Below are positions 24,997-36,827 of a stretch of 64,000 bases of DNA, in pieces (within the stretch, counting starts at the first letter, position 1; every line of letters begins with the position of its first letter). The notes below the pieces were generated by a model. The model searched no databases and was not told the DNA's origin. It saw nothing but the letters and a program-made list of their open reading frames with translations. The stretch is taken from contig NC_086108.1 of assembly GCF_963921235.1 (NCBI RefSeq), positions 45,076,001-45,140,000 on the forward strand, written 5' to 3'. The position numbers were made by a program, and so were the translations under genes. This DNA is from Mobula hypostoma. Lineage: Eukaryota.

Positions 24997-26086
24997 ATCA
25001 CTTGCTCCTCAAACTTCCATGTCTCCCAGCACCCTACGTTTGGATGAAAATCTCCCAAACCTGCACATCAAACAGGAATGGCCGCAACTCCTTTCTGAGA
25101 GTGAAGGGCTTTCCAGTCATTCTGAAATCGGGGTTGCCAGCAGTCTGTCATCAGAAGCTGAGCCACTGAACAGCAGCATCTCTGGTTCCTATTCATCTTA
25201 TTTCTTCAGCAATGAAAGCAGCTCTTCACTGGGTTTTATGTCAAGTACCAGCCCTCGTCAAGTGAGCAAGCTACAACTGGGCAACGTCAAGAAACGATCA
25301 GTTTCAACGTCACCACTATCAACTGATGGGCTTGACATCACCGCCATCATTCGAACCTCTCCGACATCACTTATTGCTTGTGTCAACGGGATGCGGAGCA
25401 CTTCCACCAGTCTTCTTTCGCAGTCTGGAGGAAGCGGTCACGTCGGGTCACGGAAGAATGGCAGTGCGCAGTCCTGCTCTATGCTAGGCAACCAGTGTAA
25501 CTCAGCTTCTCCTGCCTCGTCCCTGTCTGCATTCCCAACACGCAGTGGTGAGCAAGAGGATACAGAAGGTGATCATGTTTCTTTGCAGCAAGTGGATGAA
25601 AACATGGACCTAAGTCTGGCCACGGGAAACATGGTTGTTCAACATGGAGTGATTGATGGTTGCAATAAAATTAACTTTTTCAAGCATGAGCCCATTGATG
25701 AATATTCACATGATATAAAACTGTTTCAGCACCACCATGGTCCTCCTCCTCCATACCATTCCCAGCAGCACTTTGGTCAATCCCATGGGACTATAACTCA
25801 CTTACCCAGGCAACTGCCCAATGGACAGATTCAACTTGAAGATGCTCACGAGCTGGTCAAGAACTTTGGGAAGCAGGTATGTCGATGGATAGACTGCAGT
25901 GCTGTCTATGACCAGCAAGAGGAGCTGGTGAGGCACATCGAGAAAATGCACATTGACCAGCGTAAAGGAGAAGACTTTACTTGTTTCTGGGCTGGGTGTG
26001 TGAGGCGCTACAGGCCCTTTAATGCTCGTTACAAGCTCCTGATACACATGAGGGTTCATTCAGGAGAAAAGCCCAATAAGTGCATG
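24997..26086 (+). CDS. GLIS1: Large exon of a GLIS-family zinc-finger transcription factor (N-terminal region, C2H2 fingers 1-2, start of finger 3)
   Basis: The acceptor is tgtttttcag|A and the donor is ATG|gtaagt. It encodes CRWIDC..YDQQEELVRHIEKMHIDQRKGEDFTCFWAGCVRRYRPFNARYKLLIHMRVHSGEKPNKCM. GCVRRY, NKCM, CVNG.RS and FKHEPIDE favour GLIS1 over GLIS3, which has GCPRRY and NKCT. Confidence 0.9.
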
Positions 26087-28744
26087 GTAAGTCTACATAC
26101 ATGCTGTTGCCATGAATCTAATAAAATGCAACAGTACACAGTTGTTGGTTGACCTCTTGATATTGCCCATTGTCAATGGGAGTAGGCCTTAAAATGTCCT
26201 TAAACTTGTAATATGAAAACTCAGCAATTTAAACATAGATTTTGCCTCTTTGAAAATGTATTGTTTTGAGGGAACACTTTGATAATTGAGGAGAATGAAG
26301 ATTTAGTAATTCTCCTACAGTCCGATGTCAGTAGTGCTGCTAGAGTTTCTGAAGAAATTCGGATGATTAATCAAGAAGCATGACTCACGCTATGGAAGAT
26401 TACTGGCTTCAGTGTTTTTCTCCTGCTCTGCAAACATTGTGAGCACATAAGACTTTTACTGTATATGTATAACTTGATTGGTGGACTGTTTTGATCAAAG
26501 TTCATAACTTGAACCTATAAGTCCTTCCCTTCAATTAGACCTCAGTAGGAGGCTTCAGAATATCCCTTTAATATGGGTTGTAGATGCTGGATTAGTATCC
26601 ATTTTCCCTTGCATTCTCTTGGAGGTGTTAACCATCTTGAGTATCAAGTTCTAACTCCTATTTCGTTCTGTTTGAATAACAGCCATGGGAGAAGCACAAG
26701 TAGCTGTATAAAGTTTATTGACTTGAATGGCATTTTCTACGTAGTGAAATTTCATTGTAGCAGTGTTGTGTTTTTGGGTTTTCTTTGGTGTTCAGTATTT
26801 ATTTTATTGACTTTGAGACACTTGACTACTGTTTAAATTTCTGAGCTAAATGGCTTTGGCTTAATACAATGCTACCGTTTCGATCAATACTGCATCACCC
26901 ATATTATTTTGGTAAACTTTTAAATGCCAGACAAAGTGAATGGTTTGGCTCCAAATAATTCAGATTTATCTGTAATTTGTTTGTTGGTTAGAGGTCTGCT
27001 TGTTATGAGTTTTTATGAGTGGCATGTGATGTTTTGGAAAGTTTTGTCACACATGCTATGGGTTTGACCTCTACTACCACCATTATCCTTGTATCATTAC
27101 AATAAACTAAGTAAATTGATATATGGAGTAGCACGCTGTATGAGAAGTTTCTTGGATCTAATGTGCGTTAGTGGTTCTTAGATTGGGTATTTGGAAGTGG
27201 GAATCAGACTGAAAACTAGGGGCTGTTTGCCAGTGTATGTATAACATGTATGAGAATGTGTACAGGTCGAACAGGAAGAATTGAGCTGGTCTTTAGTGCC
27301 ATGGAAGAATAGTTTGCCGAGAATTACCATTCAGTCTCAAGGAAGATTTAATAGAAAAGGAATAAATTTCAGGAAAATTACTTTAAAATGATTTATAAAG
27401 CAACGTCATGTCTACTGTTTGCAAGAACATATGGCTCTATCATAGCTGTGTCAGCTAGATGCCTCCCCAGATATATTTAATATCAAGAGCAGTTTGGAGA
27501 GCTGGGATATATATTGCCTCTTCACCACAAAGGGGAAGTCACTATCAAAACAAAGGGAATGATTAGTTCACTGATGAAATTCCATCTCTTTAATCTGTTG
27601 ATTAAATAATATCAAGCTTCACAATAATTACCTCAAAGGTTTTAAAGTCAGAGTTAGCTTAAATCAATGTTGTTCTTGGAAGTTTGATTTAATGATATTG
27701 TACATGAAACAAGAATTAAATAAAATTACAATAACATTCAGATTAGGTATAAAACATGACAGGATATTACAAGAAATAGGATAAATTATGTGGTTTCCTT
27801 TCAAACATTCACTGTCCCTCAAGCCAATTAGGAGGGAAAAAGCAGCAAATTTAATGTTATATTACTGAAAATCAGTCTAATTTCTTTTCTGTTTTCAGAA
27901 GCTGGGAGAAAAAGATAATCTATACAAAAACTAATAGTTTCTAAGAAGCCGATTGTTACTTTGGCCAAGGGCCTGTTCCCAATATCAGATGCTGGCTAAA
28001 TGTGAAGCAGCTGTTTTATGAGAGAATTCTACTGAACTTGGAGGGGGTTTAACTCACGATTATTTTTTGGAAATAGTTTCAGAATGAATAATAAAGGGAC
28101 TAAATATGTTTCTAAAAGTCATTGGAATTTTTCATTCTAATGTCTCATTAGTTTCCTGTGAGCAAATAGTTTAGATTCCAGGTTAGAATTCAAGTTGTGC
28201 CGTACCAGGTAACAAACACAGTCATGGCAACGGATGCTATTCTCTGTAAGAATATGTTTCACTTTGCAATTCTAATTTCCCTCTGTTTTATCTGCCATCC
28301 TAAAAGCAATAGTCCTGTTGCTAGGGTACAGTTCTGCAGACACTGGCAGCTACTGTTACCTTGCCAAAGTAGCTATTCTTTATATGCAAGTCGAGACTGC
28401 AAGTGTCGGTAAGCTATGTACTTTATCCAGATGCACTTTTCAAATTTTGCCTCCAGCAATATAAATTCATAAAGAAATACTTAACATTATTAATGAAAAC
28501 CTTCCTTAAAAAGATCAGCTCAGTCTGGTAGTAGTGGCTCTAATATTGCCCCGACTGAGATAAGCTCAATCAGCGATGACTAAGGAATAAACCTATGACC
28601 ACTGTTTCTTTTTACGTACCCCCAAGAAATTTTTTGGGTTAATTTGTTGCTTGAATTATCTATGCATAGAAAACAACTTTAGCCTTGCAGCAAGCATCAG
28701 GGTAACTGTGCCTCATGCATTCTAGAAGGTTGGCATTTTTTAAA

Positions 28745-31045
28745 GTCATGTGGAGCATCTAGCTCCTCGCCTTCACTTGTGGCTTAGTCACTAAGCCTGG
28801 TGAAACCATCTTTTACTGACAGGAGAAGGGGCAAAGGCGGGTTACTGGCGCATTAAAGCCGGTTGCTTCGAGCAGATGGGGCTCGTCAGCCATGGTTGGA
28901 AATCCGTCTCGGAGAAGGAAAACTTGGAGCTCAAACTTCTGATGCCTTGCAGCTAACCCACTCATGGGGAAAGCTTCAGGGAGTGAACTCTGAGGGGAAA
29001 ATCCAGAGCTGGAGTCCCTAAGGCAGCTCTACATTGAGTTCAATGCTGACTGGCAACTGCAGTGACACCACTGGTATATCTGCCTCTGTTGTTCCTTGGG
29101 ATCCATCGGCTGCAAGGAGATGGGGACATGGCATTGACACAACATGGGAAGCAGACTTACCGGTTATAAGTCAGTACACTCAATTGACATAGAGCGTTGT
29201 GCCAGGGGTTGCTTCCGACTGTGGGAGAGATTCTTGGATCTCACTGAACAGCTACTGCCCACCTTAGGGTGCTGTCCCGCCACGGTCTTCTTTCCTCATT
29301 GGGTGCATAGGGATGAGGAGTTATCCGAACTGCAGACTGGAAACACTGCGCCAGGCAAGACAATACAATGAAAGAGAGTAGCTCTAAAACTGGGACGCTG
29401 AAATGTTTGGACAATACTGACTGGCCTCTCTGACAACCTCACAAGACTTCAGTGATGTCAGGAAGCGGCTGTAATAAACATGGAGCTTAAAAGACTTCAC
29501 ATGGGCATAGCCACCCTCCAGGAGGTGCGTCTGGCTGACTTGGGCACAAAAAAGGAGAAAGACTACACCTTTCTCTGGCAAGGGAAGGGCCCTGGTTGAG
29601 TCCAGGGAGCATGGAGTAGGATTTTCAGTGAGGAACATATTGTTGAAGTTGGTGCAACTAGGTGGCAATGGGTCTGCGCAACCACTTACCACTGAAGGTC
29701 AATTTACTCTTGTCAATGTGTACACGCTCATGCTGTACTCTACATCTGTGGCAAAGGATGAGTTTTATGAGAATCTTGCAACCACCATCAGGAATACCCC
29801 CAGCAAGGGACATTTTGTTCTCCTGGCAATGCACCCAAAAAGCTGGGAGAACTCAGCAGGCCAGGCAGCAGCTATAGAAAAGAATAAACAGCTGGTCTTT
29901 TGGGTGAAGACCCTTCATCAGGTGCCAGCTGGACTTCATTCTGGTCAGGCACTCCTTCGGCAGTGTGCTATTCATGCATTCCTACCATAGTTCAGACTAC
30001 AACACAGACCACTGGCTGGTGTGTTGCAAGATCAGACTACAGCCAATCAAAGAAATTCTATTGTGCTAAACAAGAAAGAATTCCTTGCATTGATGTCAGC
30101 AAGGTGTCTCACCCAGATCTGCTGGAGCAGTTTGTTAAGTCCTTTGAGAAAGAATGGAGTGCCCAGCAGCTTGGAAGCTCTGTCGTTGAGAAATGGGAAC
30201 TTCTGCAGAATACCATCTACAGCAGGACCTTAGCTATCTTTGGAAAGAACAGATTGAAAACAAATGACTGGTTTGAAGGCAACTCCAATCAGATGAAATC
30301 AAATGTGCCCTCCCTAGCCAAATATGTGTTCACCAACTGAGAGGAACTTACAGATCTCAGGACTGCTAGAAGTAAAGTTCATCAGACTGCCAGGCATTGT
30401 GCCAATGAGTACTGGATGCAGCTCAGTGAAGACATCCAGGTCACAGCACTGACAGGCAACATGTGTATGATGGCATCAAGAAAGCCCTCGGTCCCTTTCA
30501 GAGTCCCTTTAAATCAATCAATGGGTAACTAATCACAGACGGGTAAATGGTGGAGAGATGGATAGAACATTACAATGACCTCTACTTAAGGTTGAACACT
30601 GTCACCACTTCAGCCTGGACACCATTGAGTGCCTGCCAACAATGGAAGAACTGGATGCAGACCCAAGCCTAGAGGAGCTCAGCAAGGCCATCGGCGGCTT
30701 GGCCTCAGGAAAGGTACCAGGCAATGATGGGATTCCTCCAGACCTCATCAAGCACTGCATAACTACCCTCTACCCCTGCTGCATGAAGTCCTCTGTCAGT
30801 GCTGGCAGGAAAGAGTTGTACCACAGGATATGAGAGATGCCAAGATCATTTCCCTCTACAAAAGCAAAGGTGAGGGAAGTGATTGTAATAACTACAGGGG
30901 CATCTCTCTATTGAATATTGATGACAAGGTTAAGTCTTCTTGGTCCACCTACAGAAGTTAACTGAATGTGTCTACTCGGAGTTACAGAGTGGCTTCCATC
31001 CTGGAAGGTCAACTGTGGTCTGCAAATAACAGCAAGGCAGATGAT
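28745..31045 (+). mobile_element. RTE (BovB-like) LINE, degenerate 5' portion: UTR-like head, AP endonuclease, start of RT
   Basis: LKLG.*NV.T...ELKRLH...LQEVRLAD...EKDYTF.WQGK (endonuclease). Then EELDADPSLEELSKAIGGLASGKVPGNDGIP, RDAKIISLYKSKG..SDCNNYRGISLL (RT). Many frameshifts. Confidence 0.8.
29826..29922 (-). mobile_element. Penelope-like terminal repeat fragment inserted in the RTE
   Basis: The minus strand reads cctgatgaagggtcttcacccaaaag...gctgcctggcctgctgagttctcccagc. Confidence 0.7.
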
Positions 31046-31059
31046 ATTTGTAACATTCT

Positions 31060-31650
31060 GGTAAATCAAAGGTGGTGATGAATCAGCACATAGGAGGGAG
31101 ATTGAAAATCTGGCGGAGTGGTGCCATAACAACAACCTCTTAATGTCAATCAGCAAGACCAAGGAACTGATTATTGACTTCAGGAGCAGGAGACGGAGAC
31201 TGGAGGTCTATGAGCTAGTCCTCATCAGGGAATCAGAGGGTCAGCAACTTTAAATTCCTCAGTGCCCTCATTTCAGAGGACCTGTCCTTGGTACAACATG
31301 TAAGTGCAAATACGAAGAAAGCATGGTAGTGCTTCTACTACTTTAGTAGTTTCTGAAGACTTGGCATGACATCTCAAACTTTGGCAAAATTTATAGACGT
31401 GTGGTGCAGAGTATATTGACTGGCTGCATCATTGCCTGGTATGGATATATCAATGCCCTTGAACAGAAAATCCTACAAAAAGTAGTGGATACAGCCCAGT
31501 CCCTCATGGGTAAAGCCCTCCCCACCATTGTACATGGAGTGTTGTTGCAGGAAAGCAGCATCCATCATCAAGGACCCCCACCACACAGGTCATGTTCTCT
31601 TCTTATTGCAGCGAGCAAGAAGGAGGTTCAGGAGCCACACGACTCACATG
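31060..31650 (+). mobile_element. Rex/Babar-like LINE 3' fragment
   Basis: GDESAHRREIENLAEWCHNNNL...SKTKELIIDFR and ORF 31401 QSILTGCIIAWYG...LQKVVDTAQS. Confidence 0.78.
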
Positions 31651-32224
31651 ACACACAAGAGTTCCCTTGGAAAGTGTTGTCCAGTCTTTTAATATCAGCT
31701 GAGATGGAAGATGATACCTGTTTTATTGTTTTATCTGAAAAATGGGATCTGCAATGCTGCTGCTCTCCCACAATATTTTAAGTTGTGTTCCAGTGCTATG
31801 ATAGATCTTGTGAATATTATCAATGAGCTCAGAAAGGCATGTTGAATTTATATTTGACTATGAAAATGACAAGACATTTGTATTAAATTTATCTACTATT
31901 TACCATTCGAGAAAATCCATTTATTTAAAATCAACTGGTAACTTCACTAGCAGATTAATGATTTGATAGATTGCAAACTTTGATCATTCCGTTAATTTTT
32001 ACTTTCCAAGCAAAATGATAGTGACTTGCCGGACACAATAGAAAAAGAAAGTATTTGGCTCAAAAAAAGAATTTGATGGAGGTAGCTTTAGCACTAATGG
32101 AAACGTGAGAGTTCTTATTATCACTTGATTTCAGAAGACCTTGTGAAAATGAAGATGGTCTAGCACAAACTGATGTACTGGGAATTTCCTGCAGCCTTCT
32201 GTTTTCTTTTTGTTTTTTAAAACT

Positions 32225-32540
32225 AATATTTGTTTTATTATTGTCACATGCACTGAGGCACAGTGAAAAACTTTATTTGCATGCCATCTGTACAGATCAT
32301 TCCAAAACATAAGCACATTGAAATAGCACAAAGCAAGAAGCTGTTACAGAGAAAGTGCAGTGCAAGGAGACACACAAGGTGCAAGGCCTGCATCAAGGTT
32401 AGTTGGAAGAGCAAGAGTTCATCTTTATCATACAAGAGGTCCATTCAGTGATAGAAAGTTCTCCCTGAAGTAGGATGGAAGCTGTCCTTGAGCTTGGTGG
32501 CATGTGCTTTCAAGTTTTTGTATCTTGTTGTCCTGATTTC
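32225..32540 (-). mobile_element. Rex/Babar-like LINE 3' UTR fragment
   Basis: The minus strand reads gatacaaaaacttgaaagcacatgccaccaagctcaaggacagcttc...ttttcactgtgcctcagtgcatgtgacaataataaa. Confidence 0.6.
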
Positions 32541-32699
32541 ATAGCACTTTTGGACATGGAACTATACTGTTTCTCTCTAACTGATCTCAGTGACCTATCT
32601 GCCAGATGACCTAATTTCACAGCTTATCCCCAGAGCAATCCTGACTTCAAACTATATTCTCTTCCTCCTAATCATCCCATCCCAATCTTTCTTGCACAG

Positions 32700-32965
32700 G
32701 ATGGTACAGGTGGCACAGTAACATGGTACAGGTGGCACGTTAACACTTTACAGCACCAGTGTTCAGGTTTCAATTCCCCTACAGTTTGTAAGGAGTTTGT
32801 ACATTCTCTCCATGACTGTATGGGTTTCCTCCAGGTGCTCCGGTTTCATCCTACTTTCCAAAGGCGTATGGATTAGCTAGGATTAGTAAATTGTGGACAT
32901 GCAATGTTAGCATCGGAAGCATGACAACATTTGTAGGATGCCATCAGCACATATTTGGACTGAGC
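32700..32965 (+). mobile_element. V-SINE-like SINE with a short head duplication
   Basis: gtaaggagtttgtacattctctccatgactgtatgggtttcctccaggtgctccggtttc. The sequence atggtacaggtggcac is duplicated at 32701 and 32723. Confidence 0.72.
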
Positions 32966-32989
32966 AGGTAGACTAATGTTCTGAGTTGC

Positions 32990-34393
32990 ATCTATTTCAA
33001 TGCAAGAAGGTAAGGCCAATAAACTGAGAGCATGGATCAGTACCTGAAATTACGACATTGTAGCCATTAGTGAGACTTGGTTGCAGGAGGGGCAGCAATG
33101 GCAGTTTAATGTTCAGGGGTTTCATTTGTTTTAGGCATGATAGAGGTGTAAGTATTAACGAGGGAGAAGTGGTATTACTCATCAGGGAAAATGTCGGAGC
33201 AGTCCTCCGACAGAGGAGACTAGAAGATTTGTCTACTGAAGGTATATGTATGGAACTGAGGAATAAAAAAGGGGTTATTACATTTTGTAGATGTTGTTTA
33301 CTTGGATTTTCAGAGAGCCTTTGGCAAGGTTCCACAAGATAAAACAAGATAAAAGCCTCTGTTGTTACAAGAAAAAGACTTGCATGGACTAAAGATTGGC
33401 TAACAGGGAGGAGGCAAAGAGTGGGAATAAAGGGTGCCTTTTCTGGTTGGCTGCCGGTGACTAGTGGTAATTCTGCAGGGGTTGGTCTTGGAACTGCATC
33501 TTTTTATGTTGTATGTCAATGATTAGGATGATGGAATTGATGGCTTTGTGGCCAAGATTGTGGACGATATGAAGATAGGTGGAGGGACAGATAGAGTTGA
33601 GAAAGCATGGGGTCTGCAAAAGGAATTAGACAGATTAGGAAAATGTGCAAAGAAGTGGCAGATGAAATATAATGTATGGTCATGCACTTTGGTAGAAGGA
33701 ATAAAGGCATAGAATATTTTCTGAACAGGGAGAAAATTCAGAAATCAGAGGTGCAAAGGGACTTGGGATTCCTTTTGCAGGATTCCCTAAAGGTTAGCTT
33801 ACAGGTTGAGTTGGTAAGGAAGGCAAATGTAATGTTAGCATTTATTTTGAGAGGACTAAAATATAAAAGCAAGGATGTAATGCAGAACTTTATAAGGCAT
33901 TTGTCAGATCACACGTGGAGTATCGTGAGCAGTTCTGGGCCCCATATCTAAGAAGAGATGTGCTGGCATTACAGAGGGTCCACAAGGCGTCCACAGGCAT
34001 GATTCTGGGGATTAAGTAGTTAATGTATGAGAAGCATTTGATGGTTCTGTGCCTGTTCTCATTGGATTTTTGAAAAATGATGGGGAATCTCATTGAAACC
34101 TGTGGAATATTGAAAGGCCTAGATAGAGTGGATGTGGAGAGGAAGTTTCCTTTAGTCAGGGTATCTAGGACCAGAAAGCACAGTGTCGGAAGAGAAGGAT
34201 GTCCATTTAAAAGAGTGATGAGGAGGAATTTATCTAGCCAGAGGTGGTGAATCTGTGGAATTTGTTGTCACAGTGAACTGTGGAGGGCAAGTCATTAGGT
34301 ACATTTAAGGTGGGGATTGATAGGTTCTTGATTGGTGAGGGCATCGAAGGTTACGGTGAGAAGGCAGGAGAATGGGATTGACAGGGATAATAA
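32990..34393 (+). mobile_element. CR1 LINE, internally deleted (endonuclease fragment joined to RT/3' part)
   Basis: YFNARR...WNYDIVAISETWL-like endonuclease start, then LDFQRAFGKV, MHFGRRNK, KANVMLAFI and the CR1 3' end. Confidence 0.82.
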
Positions 34394-34474
34394 TCAGAGC
34401 ACTGCTTCAACATTTTCCCTGATGAGTAATACCTCCTCTCCCTCATTAATACTTCCACCTCTCTCATGCCCAAA

Positions 34475-35295
34475 ATGCACAGTGAAGAGTATTCTGACTG
34501 GCTGCATCATGACCTGGTGTGGAAACACCAATGCCCAAGAACAGAACAGCCTACAGAAAGTGTTGAATGCAACCCAGTCCATCACAGGAAAAGCTTTCGC
34601 TCACATCTGAAAGCAGCATCTGTCTTCAAGAACCCCCACCATCCAGGCTACCAGGCTGTGCTCTCTTCTTACTGCTGCTGTCGGGAAGGAGATACAGAAG
34701 CCTTAGGCTGCACACCATTAGGTTCAGAAACAGTGATTACCCTTCAGCCATCAGACTCTTGAACTAGAACAAGTAACTTCACTCACCTCAACACTGAACT
34801 GATCATTGAACACAGCATCTGGACCCACTTTCAAGGACTTCACAACCCATGTTCTCAGTATTATTTATTTACACCACTGTCTGCAAGGAATGTCTACATT
34901 CTGCCCGTGAATGTATGGGTTTGCTCTGGGTGCTCCGGTTTCCTTGCACAGACCAAAGATATACCAGTTGGTGATTTAATTAGTCATTGTAAATCATCCC
35001 ATGGTTAGGCTTGGGGTTAAGATGGGGGTTGCTGGGTCGCACGGTGCAAAGGGATGGAGGGGCTATTCTGCATTGTATCTCAATAAATAAACAAACAAAA
35101 AATAAATGTTTTTTTTTGCATTTACAGATTGTCTTTTGTGCAACGGTTGTTTCTCAGTCTGTGTGTAGTTTTTCATTGATTCCATTGTATTTCTTTGTTC
35201 TACTAGGAATGTTGGCAAGAAAATGAATCTCAGAGTTAGTATATGGTGAAATTATGTACTTTGATAATAAATTTACTTTGTATTTTGAACTTTGA
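34475..35295 (+). mobile_element. Rex/Babar-like LINE 3' part interrupted by a V-SINE (about 34870-35090)
   Basis: KSILTGCIMTWCGNTNAQEQ, LLSGRRYRSLRLHTIRFRNSDYPSAIRLLN, and a tail gataataaatttactttg..tttgaactttga. Confidence 0.78.
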
Positions 35296-35439
35296 AGTAG
35301 TAAATTGGATTCAGCATTGGCTGGATGGGAGAAGTCAGAGGGGGGTAGTAGATGGTTGCCTGTCAGACTGGAGGTCTGTGACTAGTGGTGTGTTGTAGGG
35401 ATCTGTGCTGGGCCCAGTGTTGTTTGTTGTTTGTTTTGT

Positions 35440-35632
35440 GTTTCTTAATTTCCTTCCCCCACCTTTTAACTCTACTGCTCATCTTTTTCTCTCCAGTCCC
35501 GCTGAAGGGTCTCGGCCCGAAACAGCGACTGTTTACTCTTTTCTATAGACATTGCCTGGCATGCAGAGTTTCTCCAGCATTTTGTGTGTGTTGCTCAGAT
35601 TTTCGGCATCTCCAGATTTTCTCTTGTTTGTG
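35440..35632 (+). mobile_element. Penelope-like terminal repeat with mutated hammerhead core
   Basis: ccagtcccgctgaagggtctcggcccgaaacagcgactg...ctccagcattttgtgtgtgttgct. Confidence 0.72.
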
Positions 35633-36827
35633 ATTGGCTCAGATAATGTTGATTTGAATAGTTATTCCACATTTCTTTTTTTATATATTTGACAGATGTT
35701 ATTTATGTCGATTGTCATAAAAGCCACTCACAGTTTACAGCACTATGTTCTGTCTGTGTTGAGTCTTTTCTAGACCCAAGACATGTTTTACTGTTAGGTT
35801 CCTTTCCTTAAAGTATTCAGCAACTCTTTCACACAAAAGTATGCTGTAGATTTGTATTACTTAAAGGCATTGGCAAAACTATTTTGCTAAAAAATTTCTT
35901 TGCTTAAAAGAAATCTTCTGACTGGTAACCTTTCTGTTGATCCATTGTTGGTACACCATTCAAATAAAGTGATTGTTGATTATACACGGTCAAAATTATA
36001 TAATATCAATGCTACTATAATTACCTTACATATCTGCTTTGCATTCGTAGCTATGCTGGAAAAAGTCCAAAATCTCAAATTTTCCTTTTAAGTTTATCCT
36101 TTAGGATCTTAGGAAAGGGAGTTTACTGTATAGTCTCTGAGGCCTGACCTCGAGTTCACTGAGACTGTGGTTGAACTGTAGTTTAACTCCATGGCCCAGA
36201 TGTTGGAGAACACTGTTAAACAGAATACCATTTAGATGGAATAAACGCCTTAATACTGGGTGGAACTCAAGGCTTTAGGGTATTGGTACGAGCCATAAGC
36301 CATTGCAACTTCCCTTGCCTGCATATCAGGAAGCTTCAGTACTCCTAGAACCAAACAGGCGTTGGGAGTATTAGCATCAGAGGAATTGGCAGTGTAGGGT
36401 GGGGTTGTTTACTGAAGGGAGGGACAGGAAGCTCTCCAAGGAAATCGAGCTGGAAGATTTGTGATTGTGAGGCAGCTTTATTTTAGGGGATCATTGCGTG
36501 AATGAGGCTTCAGGAGCCACAGATTAAGAGCAGAGATGAAACGGTGTGGTACAGTAAAGAAAGGAATTGGCATCTCATGGAATAAGATGTGGTTTGGCCT
36601 AAGGGAAAGGGAATGTGGCGGTTTGTGATCAGGGTCTGAGAGAGGGTATGATGGGGAATTGGGGCTGTGAATGGGAATTGTAATGGTGATGCGGAGAGGG
36701 AGTAGGTATGATTGAGTTGGTTCTGGGTGAGGTCATGTTTGGATACAAAGTAGGTGAGTTTATTTTGTACAGTATACCAGTCCTTTGCAATAATATCTGG
36801 TTGTACTGGAAGGGGCAACCAGTAGCC

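Noticed and set aside
24986..26152. 388-aa ORF as a complete single-exon gene
   Set aside because: It starts at a TTG within the splice acceptor and runs past a canonical ATG|gtaagt donor in the middle of zinc finger 3, so it is an internal exon.
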